Origin: Rhizaria sp. SCN 62-66
Taxonomy: Eukaryota
NCBI GenBank assembly: GCA_001724265.1
Contig: MEDY01000263.1
Coordinates: forward strand, 1-53,238
DNA: 53,238 nucleotides
Direction of reading: 5' to 3'
Shown here: positions 35,001-45,570 of the stretch, piece by piece
Position numbering within the stretch: the stretch's first letter is position 1
How the letters are laid out: each line of letters opens with the position of its first letter
Position numbers and translations under genes: made by a program
Notes under the pieces: model-generated
What the model saw: the letters and a program-made list of their open reading frames with translations, nothing else
What the model was told of the DNA's origin: nothing
Databases searched by the model: none

Positions 35001-37361
35001 TGTTGTTATTGTTGTTGTTTCTGTTTATGTTGTGGCTGCTAATTGTATAGTCGGATCGCCCAGCCACACACTCACACGCACACACAACACACTTGCAATC
35101 ACACCTAGTCACGACACACGAGTCCAGTTCGACATACAATCATCGACTTCCCACCACACAGAACAACAAAGCACATCGCCAACGAGCACAGCTTAGCACC
35201 GACCAGTGCTTCGCACAATCTTTCTCTAGTTGTGCGTCCCGCACTCCACTGACTCGAACTCGTATAATATCACAGACACATCAGCCCAGCTGTTGCGGGC
35301 GATCACCTGACGGGGAGCCTGGTCGCACTGCGTTGCATGCTGCGAGGAAGCTTGATGAGGACGCGAGCGAGTGCTGCTGCGTTGAACACACAATCTCCTC
35401 GGTCGCATTGGCTTTATTTCGTGTTTTTGTATCGGTTCTTTGTGACATATTCGGAAGTTATTACTTTTTTCTTTTTCTTCCCTAGGCTTTTTTTTTGTCA
35501 TTCCCTTTTGTTTTGTTTTGTCAGCTCCCTCTTTATAGCGCACTCGTACGTACACTCAGTCATCCAACACAACGTATGCTAGTTTGCTCGTTTTATCGGA
35601 CCTTTTACAGTGCATTAGCACAGCTCCACCCCAAAGCATAGCATAGCAGAACACACCCTAGCACGCCGCACTGCGTAACTGAGGGCGGCGGCGGGCATTT
35701 GAACATGGAGACCCTGTCCCATCACTGTCAGTCGCTCTCGTTATCGCTGTCGTTGTCTACATTAACCCTACCACTGAACAGTTGATGTTTTAGAACATGT
35801 TAGATCACGCTGTTTACACTACAGTGTGGCACTTTTTCTACTTTGTTGTTTGTTTGATAACGACGAAACGTCTAGTATTAGCCACTTCTCTCTTCTTTCT
35901 TCTTTTGTCCATTCACTTTTCTTCACGTTGTTTGTTCGAACGTACAACTCAACCAACATTCACTTGCGCTTGTGAATATCACATGATACACTTCTGAACT
36001 TAGTTTACACAAATATCACACTTCATTTTCTCCTTTACTAGTATATGTTGTTGTCAAGGGGGAGCACTCGCGTCTGATCGCCTTTTTGACCAAAAACTGA
36101 TGAATGCCCGAAGGCCAGCTTGATTACATTACAATGGTTGCTCGTTGGCTGGACTGTCGAGAATTTTTGCAGTCGCCGCCATTCCTCTCTCTCGGACGCG
36201 GCTCGATCCACGAATGGCACCGGAACTGAAAAAATCGACCAAAAAAATGCTGCAAATTAAATATGTTAATGAAGTACGTGAATATGAGAGTGAAAAGAAG
36301 AACATACGAGACGAATAGATCGCGTGCGTATCACAAGCGTAGATTTTGTATTGTTTCTGGTTTTGCTGTCATATTTGGCCGCGGTATCTCGTCCCAGCCG
36401 ACGAACTAAGCCGGTTCAACTCCGACTTGTCACGCCGATGACTGGGGACTTCAGGAGAGACAACCACGGACGGGGCGCCCTCGCGCCACCGGGCAAATCT
36501 CCATACGAAAGTACTCAACGAGTTTCCGTAGTGAAGAGGCTGGGGGGATCGCGAGGGCTGCACTGCTGCAAGAAAACTAGCGTAACGGGGAAGGATCAGG
36601 TAAAAAATAGGTGGGGTTGAAGCGACACACGGCGTGCATAACCATAATCGTATCACAAATACTATAAGCCGACACACGTCCAGATAGAGCTGGGACGAGT
36701 GAAAAAACAACAACAATAAGGATGTGTGTGGACTATGGTTTACCGCCTACAGCCGAACTTAAAGGTTACTTTCTTCATCACAAAGCAAAGCTAAACTCAG
36801 AGAGCAGAACAGTGCCGTACACCGCAGCTGGATCGCAACGTGGGCTGCTTTGTTAAGTGACAAGGGAGGCGTCTCAGTCATGAGTGCGGTGACCTGTGAG
36901 ATTGTTTTTCCGAGTCTGATGTTGGTCCGCATTTTGGCAATGTCTGTCACAAGCATGAAATAGAAACGAACATGCCTCCAGCATGTTTAATGTCTTCATG
37001 GAATTATGATCACAAACCATCATGTGAACATGGACAGAGCAAAGCAGAGCAGAGCAGAGCAGACAAGCAAGCAAATGGAACGAAGTTTTGGGGTGTCAAT
37101 CGATTTTTAAAAAAAATATGAAAACAAAAATTGCTGAAAATAAACGGAACGAAAGACACCGCACCGCACTAGAGCGCGCTATAAGGAAGGGCATATCACC
37201 ACTGCATCATGTGTTCGGAAAGAAAAAACACTATGAAAACAACCGCGTGTTGTTTTCAGAGTTGCATGAACGAAACACTCGATGTTTACACACGTATATG
37301 GTACACACGGTTAAACAGTGTGCGCGTGTGCGTGTGTGTGTTGCAGCGGTGTAATGTAAGC

Positions 37362-38399
37362 TTACGAACGCTGGGGGATCTTCGCAACGCCACCGCCATT
37401 GCCACCCTGTCCCAGCCCGCAAATCACACCCATATACTTCTCATCATCGATATCCGACTCGAAGTAATCCTTCCGCATCTTAAAGAACGCCGCCGCGGTG
37501 AGGAGCGCGTCAGAGCCGGCCTGATGCTGAGGTCCCGTACGGTTGACTTTGAGTGTCTCAGCGACTTTTTGCAGTCCACCACGGAGGTTCTCGCACGACT
37601 TCATCATGTACTTGAGGTCGTAAATAACAGGGCAGTAGAGCTGAAGCGTGTCGAAGAACGCTTCCTGTGACGCAGGCATGTTGTTGCATGTGAGAAGCTT
37701 CAGCAAGTAGCCGAAATCAAACCCGGCATGGAAAGCGATCCACCTTACCTCAGGGTTAAGCACGATGCCAGACGTCATTAGAAGCTCGCCGAAGTCGCGC
37801 CACTCGATGCCGCGCGCGGTCAGCAGGTCAAAGTTGATGCCGGAGTGAGAGAGCAGGTTAACTGCGTCGGCGGCGTGGACGTCCTTCTCGCGGTTAAACT
37901 TGAAGTTGAACTGCCAGCAGCACATATTGGGAATGTAGTTGCCGTCCTTGTCGCACAGGCAGATGCCGAGCTGGATGACGCGCAGCGCGTCGACGTTGTG
38001 GCGCACTGTGGCGTAGTGGTACTCGGCCGAGGAGCGGAAGGTTTGGGTGGGACGGGCGACGACGCCGGGGAATTCCGTGTCCATAGCAACGTAGTTATAG
38101 GTGTCGATGAGCTCGTTGATCTTGCGGAACTCTTCCTGGAGGTTGTCCGCCCAGACTTCGATGATTTCCACACGGCACTGTGTTGGGGCGAGGGCGAAAT
38201 AAGATCAGAGAGGATTGAATGGACGGTGAGGAGACGGAAAAGGATTAAGCGTTATCAGTCAAACGGTGAAGGAATGTGAAAACATAGAGCGTGAAGTTAA
38301 GCGCACCTTGTTGTCAGATGGAACAGCAATGTCCTGGAGAGGGTCAGCGGGGGGCATGACCACGGGTGGGACCCCGGGAGGCCCAGTACGGGTCGACAT
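37362..38399 (-). CDS. CAF1: CCR4-NOT deadenylase subunit CAF1/POP2 (CNOT7/8); exons 38399-38307 and 38177-37362
   Basis: EVWADNL, YVAMDTEFPGVVARP, WQFNFKF, FHAGFDFGYLLKLLT, YDLKYMMKSC, GPQHQAGSDALLT (DEDDh residues intact). Ends TAA. Confidence 0.97.
38178..38306 (-). other. Spliceosomal intron (129 nt, phase 0) of CAF1
   Basis: AAG|GTGCGC donor and ACACAG|TGC acceptor. Joins a 31-codon ATG exon in frame to CRVEIIEVW. Confidence 0.85.
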
Positions 38400-39001
38400 T
38401 ATCTGTCTTTGTGTGGAGTTGTGGTTGTGTAGAGTCTAGGGCGAGAGTCGCCTGCTAGCGGTGCGTAGAAAGGTCTCTGCAGCTACTCGCACAAAAACGA
38501 GGCGGTAAAGACGGTCTAGAATAAAGAAAAATGACAAAGAGATCCACAGTGTAATTGTGAGTGCTTCAAAGTGGTTCGAGAGGGACGAGCTGAGCGTCGT
38601 CGCCACAAAACGAGTCGGATGCAGTCCTGGCACTGGATGGGATGCGAGACCACGATAGAGAGCAAAACGAGTGAAGTTTCTGAACGAATCGCAGACTTAA
38701 AAATTCTGTTGCGTAGGCACTTATTAATCTGACGACGCTGTCTGTCATAAACCCGGTCACAAGATGAATCCCCTACCTCAATTCATTTTTGGTCAGCCCT
38801 CTTTTTTTCGGTCCAAAGCTTGGCCAAGAGAGCCGTTGAAGGTTCAAAACTTGGTGCGCTTAAAAACACAAGCTAAACATCATGCACAATCGTCATTTTG
38901 ATTTAAAATTTAAAACACTGATATTAAATGCTATGAATCATTTAAATTACTTATAAAACCTTTTCTGCACTCTATGTGTGTCACTTTCCAACAGATCTGA
39001 G

Positions 39002-40564
39002 ATGCCGCAAGGGGACCCTTTCCAGGAGAAGGCCTATCGCGGCCACAAGGGCTCCGTCACCTCAGTGGCATTCAACCCGAACCAGAAGCAAATCGCTTCA
39101 GGCGGTGACGACGGCGTTGTCATGATCTGGTACATGGATCCCCAGCTACGCGCGCTACGTTTCCTCGGCCACTCTGGTCCCGTCACCCATGTGACCTACT
39201 CGCCCGACGGTTCCCTTGTCGCCTCCGCGTCAGTGGACGGCACCGTCCGCCTCTGGGAGCCCACAGTGCGCGGCAAGTCCGCCATTCTCAAAGCCCATTC
39301 TTCCGCCGTTCGCAGCGTCGGCTTCTCCCCCGACGGCCGTTTACTCGTCACAGCGTCCGACGATAAATCGGTCAAAGTATGGAACGTCGCCGCCCAACGC
39401 TTCGTCTGCTCTCTTTCCGGCCACTCGAACTGGGTCCGCGCCGCCGCTTTCTCCCCAGACGGCGAGCTCATCGCCTCCGCAGGCGATGACAAGACAGTGC
39501 GGCTGTGGGACTGGCGCGCGCAACGCTGCGTCCACACCTTCTACGAACACTCCGGCGCGGTCAACGCCGTTGCTTTCTCAGATTCAGGCGCTGTCCTCGC
39601 CACCGGTGCCTCGGATAACACAGTCAAGGTCTGGGACGTCGCGTCCCTCCGCCTGCTTCAACACTACGCTGCCCACGCCGCGCCGATCGCCTCTCTGGCC
39701 TTCGCCGGCCGTGGGCAGACCCAGTCCTTGCTCTCGGCTGGTGAGGACGGGGCGCTCAACGTCTGGGCTCTGGCTGAAGGCCAGCAGCGGTACGCCATCG
39801 CGGGCCACCGCGGCGCTGTGCTGGCCGTGGCCGTGGCGCCCGGGTCAGCGCGCTTTGCGACTGGAGGTGCCGACGGCGCTGTGCTGGTGTGGAACGCTGG
39901 CGCTCTCGCCGATGATTATAATCCCCACAGTAACACGGCTGCGCAGACTGCTGCCCCGGGTGCCACGGGCACGGCGCCGAAGTCTGCGCGTGCGGCGGTC
40001 CGGCCGGCGACTGCGACGACTGCGGCTACTACGAATGCGGTACCTGTGAGTGCGCGTGCGGCTGCTGCATCGGCACGTGTTCCTCCAAGCGCCCGCCTTA
40101 ACGCGAACAGTCACAGTGTGAATCCGCTTAGCAACAGTGTGCATAGCGCCAACACTGCTGCTTCTGCCGCTCAGTCTGTCAACTCTGTTACTAAATCTGC
40201 TCCTATCGCTTTGCAGTCTGCTGTTTCCCAGTTTGCAGCTCAGTCTAGCTCTGGTAACGGTGCTGCCCCAGTCCCAGTCGCGAGTGATGCGACGGGGACT
40301 TCTGCGGCCGTGCTGTCTGCTCTGTCCGCGCTCTCTGCGCAACTTGGCGCTGTAGCGGCCGCAGTGTCCCGCCTCGAGAGTCGTATGGACGCCCAGGAAG
40401 CCGCTCTTGCGCAGCAGGGCTCGATGTTGAGTCAGCAGGGCGCGGCACTGAGTCAACAGGCGGGGGCGCTTGAGATGCTCCGGGCGGAGGGCCGTGAGAG
40501 GGATGTGCTGCTGGCGGAGGCGCTCGGGGTCGACACGGGCGCGACTGCTGATGGCGCAGAATGA
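39002..40564 (+). CDS. POC1: POC1 centriolar protein (7 WD40 repeats + C-terminal coiled coil)
   Basis: DPFQEKAYRGHKGSVTSVAF, QLRALRFLGH, LKAHSSAVRSVGFS, SLSGHSNWVR, LLQHYAAH. C-terminal LSAQLGAVAAAVSRLESRM resembles the Poc1 motif. A short upstream exon is not excluded. Ends TGA. Confidence 0.9.
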   Translation: MPQGDPFQEKAYRGHKGSVTSVAFNPNQKQIASGGDDGVVMIWYMDPQLRALRFLGHSGPVTHVTYSPDGSLVASASVDGTVRLWEPTVRGKSAILKAHSSAVRSVGFSPDGRLLVTASDDKSVKVWNVAAQRFVCSLSGHSNWVRAAAFSPDGELIASAGDDKTVRLWDWRAQRCVHTFYEHSGAVNAVAFSDSGAVLATGASDNTVKVWDVASLRLLQHYAAHAAPIASLAFAGRGQTQSLLSAGEDGALNVWALAEGQQRYAIAGHRGAVLAVAVAPGSARFATGGADGAVLVWNAGALADDYNPHSNTAAQTAAPGATGTAPKSARAAVRPATATTAATTNAVPVSARAAAASARVPPSARLNANSHSVNPLSNSVHSANTAASAAQSVNSVTKSAPIALQSAVSQFAAQSSSGNGAAPVPVASDATGTSAAVLSALSALSAQLGAVAAAVSRLESRMDAQEAALAQQGSMLSQQGAALSQQAGALEMLRAEGRERDVLLAEALGVDTGATADGAE

Positions 40565-40852
40565 GCCTGGAAATGTGCGAACGCTTTTCCTGAGTGGTTT
40601 ATCCAGCTCTGGTCTGTGAAGGGCCATACAGACTGATGTGTAATGTGGGGCCAATTTGGAGCCTGCAGACATATGCAGCATTTTTATAACGTGGTTAAGT
40701 GCACGACGCGTCATTGCCGAAAAAATACAATCACAACAACTCCTGCTTTAACATCATCAGACGCTTCTAAACATGCGATATGCGTATGATCGAGATCCTA
40801 ATACCATCCGTCTCCGGCACCATAGTGCGCTTGCCAGCGTAAATTAACTTAT

Positions 40853-41627
40853 AAGTTTTATGAGACAAAACGTAGATTTCGTGCAAGAGAGAAGATAATT
40901 GCTCAAAGGTCAAGTGAATACGCGCCGTTAGGCGCACGTGCATGCAAGCAGCAACACTTAACCGAGCTCACAAGAGAGCGTGCGCACAATGATGCACTTG
41001 AGCGTAAACTTGAACCGAACCGTGCCCTTGGTGGACAAGAACAAGTTGTACTTGAGCAAAAACAACAGCGTAAGCGTGCACGTGTGCGTGAATGTCTTGG
41101 AGAACAGTAGCGACTTCAACATCAATGGCAGGAGCGGCTGCGGCCAGCGCAACGCAGTAAAGCATACTCTACCAAGGCTTTTCATGTGAATCAAACGCTA
41201 AGCAAGGGCAGGAACAAAAGCAAGAGCAGATGAATGAGTGAGAAGTGTAGCTCGTGAACCGAAGAGATGATGGTTTGCCTTTGTTTCGATACGTTCCACG
41301 CGTACTCCCTGCCCCTGTAACCGCTGACATGCGCTCGCCGCGGAAACCTGAATGAGTTGAGCAACAATAGCAGCAGTGACGCCGGTCATAGCACGGATAC
41401 AAGTGTGTGCGGTTTGTGTCTCACCGATTATGTTGCTTAAAACGCTCCCTTGCTTTCACATGTTACACTGTGGTTGCATTGATCCGTGGCTAAAGCAGCG
41501 CCTTAGTTGCCCAATTTATCGGCACAACTTTGCTGAGTTATTGAATGAGTACAAGTTCAGTTCTTGCAGCGTTTTTGAAGATGAGGTATCGACGATTAGG
41601 ATGCAGATGATTCGGATGTTAACATGA
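40853..41627 (+). pseudogene. Decayed coiled-coil + RING-H2 E3 ligase gene
   Basis: CAVC...LKTLPCFHMLHCGCIDPWLKQRLSCPIYR has the last Cys replaced by Tyr and a shortened loop. Upstream E/Q/R-rich frames (ALERKLE..EQKQQRKRARVRE; LPLFRY) are broken by several TAG/TGA stops and frameshifts. Boundaries are approximate. Confidence 0.7.
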
Positions 41628-42016
41628 GCGCGTTAGAGCCAAGAAATGAGTATTAATCGTCGTAAAGCCACGATGATATCGATAACTCTAGGTAAATCAA
41701 ATGTTTTTTAAATATGATCATATTCAGGTTTGTACAAAGTTCTCTCATAAAACTTACTTGAAGATGATGCGTCAGATCACTCGGTCACTTCGAACTGAAA
41801 AGTCGTCATATCTCGATGAAAGAAAAGGTTCATGTGTTGTATCCAGGAATTCTAACAGTATGGCCTTTTACAAGCTCTGTGCTAAGCAGTATATGAACAT
41901 AACTGGCCTGGAACGCAAGCTGAGTTCGCGTCGAAGTCAATCTTGTGCAAGTTCAGACAAAAAGCCACCCAACGAATTGATACCACATATAAAACAAACA
42001 TCAATTGCTTGCAAAT

Positions 42017-43352
42017 TCAAAAGCCGTCGTAAGCAAAGCGACTGTGCGGCACAACGGGATCAATAAAAGGCATCGTCGGCCTCGCCGCAAAGACAGACAC
42101 CTCCGCCTTACTCGCCCCATCACCGCCGCTCTGAACTCCAACAGCAGATACAGCCGCTGCATTGGCAGCGGCGGCGCGGGCCTGCCCGGCCGCTGCCCGC
42201 CGAAGCCCCGCAGCCGGCGCCGCAGCAGCGCGCGCACGCGCCTCTGTGTCAACAGCAGCGGCTAGCTCCCCTGCGCTCACAGTCCGCGAGAGAGAGCTGC
42301 CAGGCGCCGAACTCCCGTTTGTGGTGGAAATAGCGGAAGCGAGTGGGAGCACGCGTCCCCAGTGTTCCCCACCGTAGGGCTGCTGCTGGGCTCCCAACCG
42401 GGCGCGGCGGGCTTCGGCGCGCGCGGCGGCGGCGGCAGCCTCGGCTGGGGAGGGTTGGAACTGGCGGCCGAGGCCTTTACGCGCGCCGGCAGCGGGGATG
42501 GCTGCGGCGGCGACGGCGAGGGCCGGGGTGAAGGCGGCAGCGCCGGCGGCGGAGGTCGTCTGCAGCTGCGACTGCAGCGGCAGCGATTGTGAATGTGATT
42601 GCGGCTGAGACTGCTGCTCCTGTTGTTGTTGAGTGGATGCGCTTGAAGTGCTAGTATCGTCGATGGGAAGTAGAGCCAGAGCAGCGCGGTTACGGCGGGC
42701 CTGCGCGGCTGCGTCGGCCTTACTCCACGCCGTCGTCATTGCAGCACCGTTGTCGAGAGCATGAGAGGCCGAGCTCGCGTTCGTGGAGGTGATGGCGGCG
42801 TTAGTGCTGTCTGTGATGTGAGGTGCAATGGCGCGGTGTGCGGGAGCAGTCTCCCAACGGGCAACGCTCGCAGCGCGCGCGGTCAACGGCGCCATAGCAT
42901 AGGCGGCACGGAAAGCCTCCGCCAGAGTCGGCTAGCTGTTGGCACCAGCGCTAGAGCGAGAGCTAGAGCTAGAGCTAGAGCTAACAGTGTTGTTGCTGTT
43001 GATTGTGTAGGAGCCAGTGGACGCTAGGACTGAAGAGCGTGATACCGAAGTCTTTGTGGCGGCAAACGCGCCGTACGTGGCGTTGCTAGCCTGGATCGTG
43101 TTCAAGCTCGCGTCAGTGATGGGAGAGGCGGAGGCGGATGTGTGGAGGGGCGCGACACGGGAGTGGTCACCTGAGAGCTGTGCTGCTGTGTCTGGAGGGC
43201 CTAATAGGGTACCCCACGGGACGGCGCCGAGGTGTGGGTGGCTAGGGGGGATAGTGAATGGCTTTGTCGCGCGGTGAGGCTTGACGGGGCGGGCCGTGCC
43301 TGGCTGCATGCGAGGCGGCATGATGAGTTTGGGCTTCTTGTAGTAGAACTCT

Positions 43353-43414
<62 letters not shown>

Positions 43415-43583
43415 GGCCGGTCACAAAGCCAATGCAGAAAGAAGGAAAATGGAAAGTTCATGAGTGCTGATAAATATGATATATAATCTATCACGATTTT
43501 GTTTACATAGTTTATCGGAATGTCGTCTAACGGAGATTGTGATGATCATATCCAATGTGAATTTTCGCAGAGGGTGGAAGCAT
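42017..43583 (-). CDS. Unknown protein; predicted exons 43583-43532 and 43350-42017, with one in-frame TAG at 42934-42932
   Basis: ORFs 42932..43321 and 42017..42895 share one frame (..GANS-TAG-PTLAEAFRAAYAM..). Acceptor (CT)nTCAG at 43351 and a phase-1 donor C|GTTAGA at 43531 give MLPPSAKIHIGYDHHNLQFYYKKPKLIMPP. Ends TGA. Confidence 0.65.
43355..43412. repeat. (AG)29 microsatellite forming the polypyrimidine tract of a minus-strand intron (43351-43531)
   Basis: Perfect dinucleotide run abutting the minus-strand CAG acceptor. Confidence 0.9.
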
Positions 43584-43774
43584 TGGAGTTGTGTGTCAGT
43601 CTACCAAGCCACAGCTCGGTGCCGGCAGTTGATCTTTACGAGTCGCGAGAAAGAATAAATCAAGGTGTGCTGTATTTATACTATATCCACGTTATAATAC
43701 CATATCTAATCTATATCTATCGCATATTCATAAACTTCCCCACGCTATACTTCAAGTGAGGCAGGGCGTGCAAC

Positions 43775-45043
43775 ATGAGCCAGCACAAGTCGCACCCAGA
43801 ACAGCAACATGAGCCACAAAGCGAACCAGACGAACAGGAAGCAGAGATTCCCTCCGTCTCCGACTCTGTCGCAGACATCCTTGCGGCCACGCGACTCGAC
43901 AGCGACCCAGACACGCTTTCCGCGCGTCTCTCCCATCGCATGTCAAACCCCGTCATGGCCGCCGCCATCGCCGGCCTCAACTCCCCTCAACCTCAGCCGC
44001 CACTGACACATGGGGAGACTCCCGCCGGAGGCGACGACGACGACGAATCCGCCGGCACGTGGGTATCCCGCGCCGACATCTCTCGCGTCGCCGCGATGAA
44101 ACGCGCCTTCGACTACGCCCGCAGCGAGCTCGATGACGCCCTCGACCGCGCCGCCCGCGCCGAGGCCGCCCTCGCGACCGCGCGCTCTGACGCCGCCTCC
44201 GCGTCCCTCGCAGCCGACGCCGCGCTGGTCGCCGCCCGCGACGAGCGCCGCCGCGCGCTGGACGAAGCCCGACGCGCCCGCGAGCGCGCAAGCGACGCTG
44301 ACGCTCGCGCCGCCGCTCGGTTAGCCGAAGCGCAGACTCTCCGCGCTGACAAAGCCGCGGCGGAACGGGAGGCCGCCGCCGCGCGCGCCGAAGCCGACAA
44401 AGAGCACGCGCACGCCGTCACGCTCGCCGGGAAGCTCGAGCGCGCTGCTGCAGAGGCCGCGCGCGCCGAGGATGCCGCCGCTGAGGCCGCCGCGAGTGGG
44501 AGCGCCGCCGCCGTCGCGACAGCCCGGGCGGAGGGCATGCGCGCAACCGTGGCGGAACAGGCGCTGCTGCGGGCGCGGCGCGAGCTGGCCGCCGAACGCG
44601 CTGAGGCAGATCGGCTGCGGGGGGCCGTAGAGCAGCAGAGGGCGGCGCTGGCGGCGGCGGCGGGCGCGGCGGCGGCGGTGGAGCGGCTTGAAACCGCGGT
44701 GGCTGACCAGCAACGCGGCTTAGCGGCTCTGGCAGCCGCGGCCACAGGCAACTACAACAGCGCCGGCGGTGGGGTGATGGCTGGCAATAGGGATGCCGTG
44801 GTCAAGGCGGCGGTGGCCGCGCAGGCGGAAGCACATGCCGCTGCTGTGGGCAAAGCCGGCAGTGACGCCGCCGCTGCGGTGGCCAAGGCGGCCGAGGCGG
44901 CGGCGGCGGCGGCGCGGGCAACGGCGGTGGCGGAAGCCGTGGTGACGGGCGTGCGCAGTCGGATCAGGGGGATTGCTGCGGTTGGCGCGGCAGTGTCAGC
45001 GGGAGCGCTTGCATTAGTCTTGGCTACGCTTGCTTTGGCATGA
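43775..45043 (+). CDS. Coiled-coil protein with C-terminal hydrophobic tail anchor, function unknown
   Basis: Long A/E/R heptad-like region. Ends GIAAVGAAVSAGALALVLATLALA-TGA with basic residues (RSRIR) just before. No signal peptide. Confidence 0.75.
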   Translation: MSQHKSHPEQQHEPQSEPDEQEAEIPSVSDSVADILAATRLDSDPDTLSARLSHRMSNPVMAAAIAGLNSPQPQPPLTHGETPAGGDDDDESAGTWVSRADISRVAAMKRAFDYARSELDDALDRAARAEAALATARSDAASASLAADAALVAARDERRRALDEARRARERASDADARAAARLAEAQTLRADKAAAEREAAAARAEADKEHAHAVTLAGKLERAAAEAARAEDAAAEAAASGSAAAVATARAEGMRATVAEQALLRARRELAAERAEADRLRGAVEQQRAALAAAAGAAAAVERLETAVADQQRGLAALAAAATGNYNSAGGGVMAGNRDAVVKAAVAAQAEAHAAAVGKAGSDAAAAVAKAAEAAAAAARATAVAEAVVTGVRSRIRGIAAVGAAVSAGALALVLATLALA

Positions 45044-45095
45044 TGGGACTACAGTGTCACCGGGAGCGCTAGCATGAGTCTTAGCAACACTCGCT
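44991..45095 (+). repeat. Imperfect 44-bp duplication of the tail-anchor coding segment across the stop codon
   Basis: 44991-45034 versus 45052-45095 (cagtgtca.cgggagcgct.gcat.agtctt.gc.ac.ct.gct). Confidence 0.8.
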
Positions 45096-45508
45096 CCCAT
45101 GAGAGAGGGTAAAGTGACAGCAGCTGTTTGGACAGACTCGTTTAGCTTCGGAATGCTGGTGTATCGCGATATATAGAAGGCGTATATAGTCTTTGACTGG
45201 CCATAGTACTAAGACAACTGCATAAAATGCAACAGATCACGTCATATATTAGCATATATACCTCTACAGACCACAGAGCAGACCAAGAATTGCGGGCGCT
45301 TAACTTAGTAATAGGAACTAGACTGGCCAGCAATGTGTTATGTACAGTGTAAGTGTACTTGTTGTTTGTGTAATAACCCTTATATTCAGCGAACTCAATA
45401 CATTTACTCGAGTCTTCGAACGAAGCAAGTGTGAGTCCCAGTCTAAAGTCTAAAGTCAACGAAACCAGTTGTTTTAGCATGATTTGTTGCTTTATCGCAG
45501 ACTTCAAC

Positions 45509-45531
45509 TCAGAAGCGACGACGGCCACCAC

Positions 45532-45570
<39 letters not shown>

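Noticed and set aside
32062-37354. Numerous 60-160 aa ORFs in the long spacer
   Set aside because: Low-complexity CA/TG/T-rich translations with no domains and unlike the codon style of real genes here.
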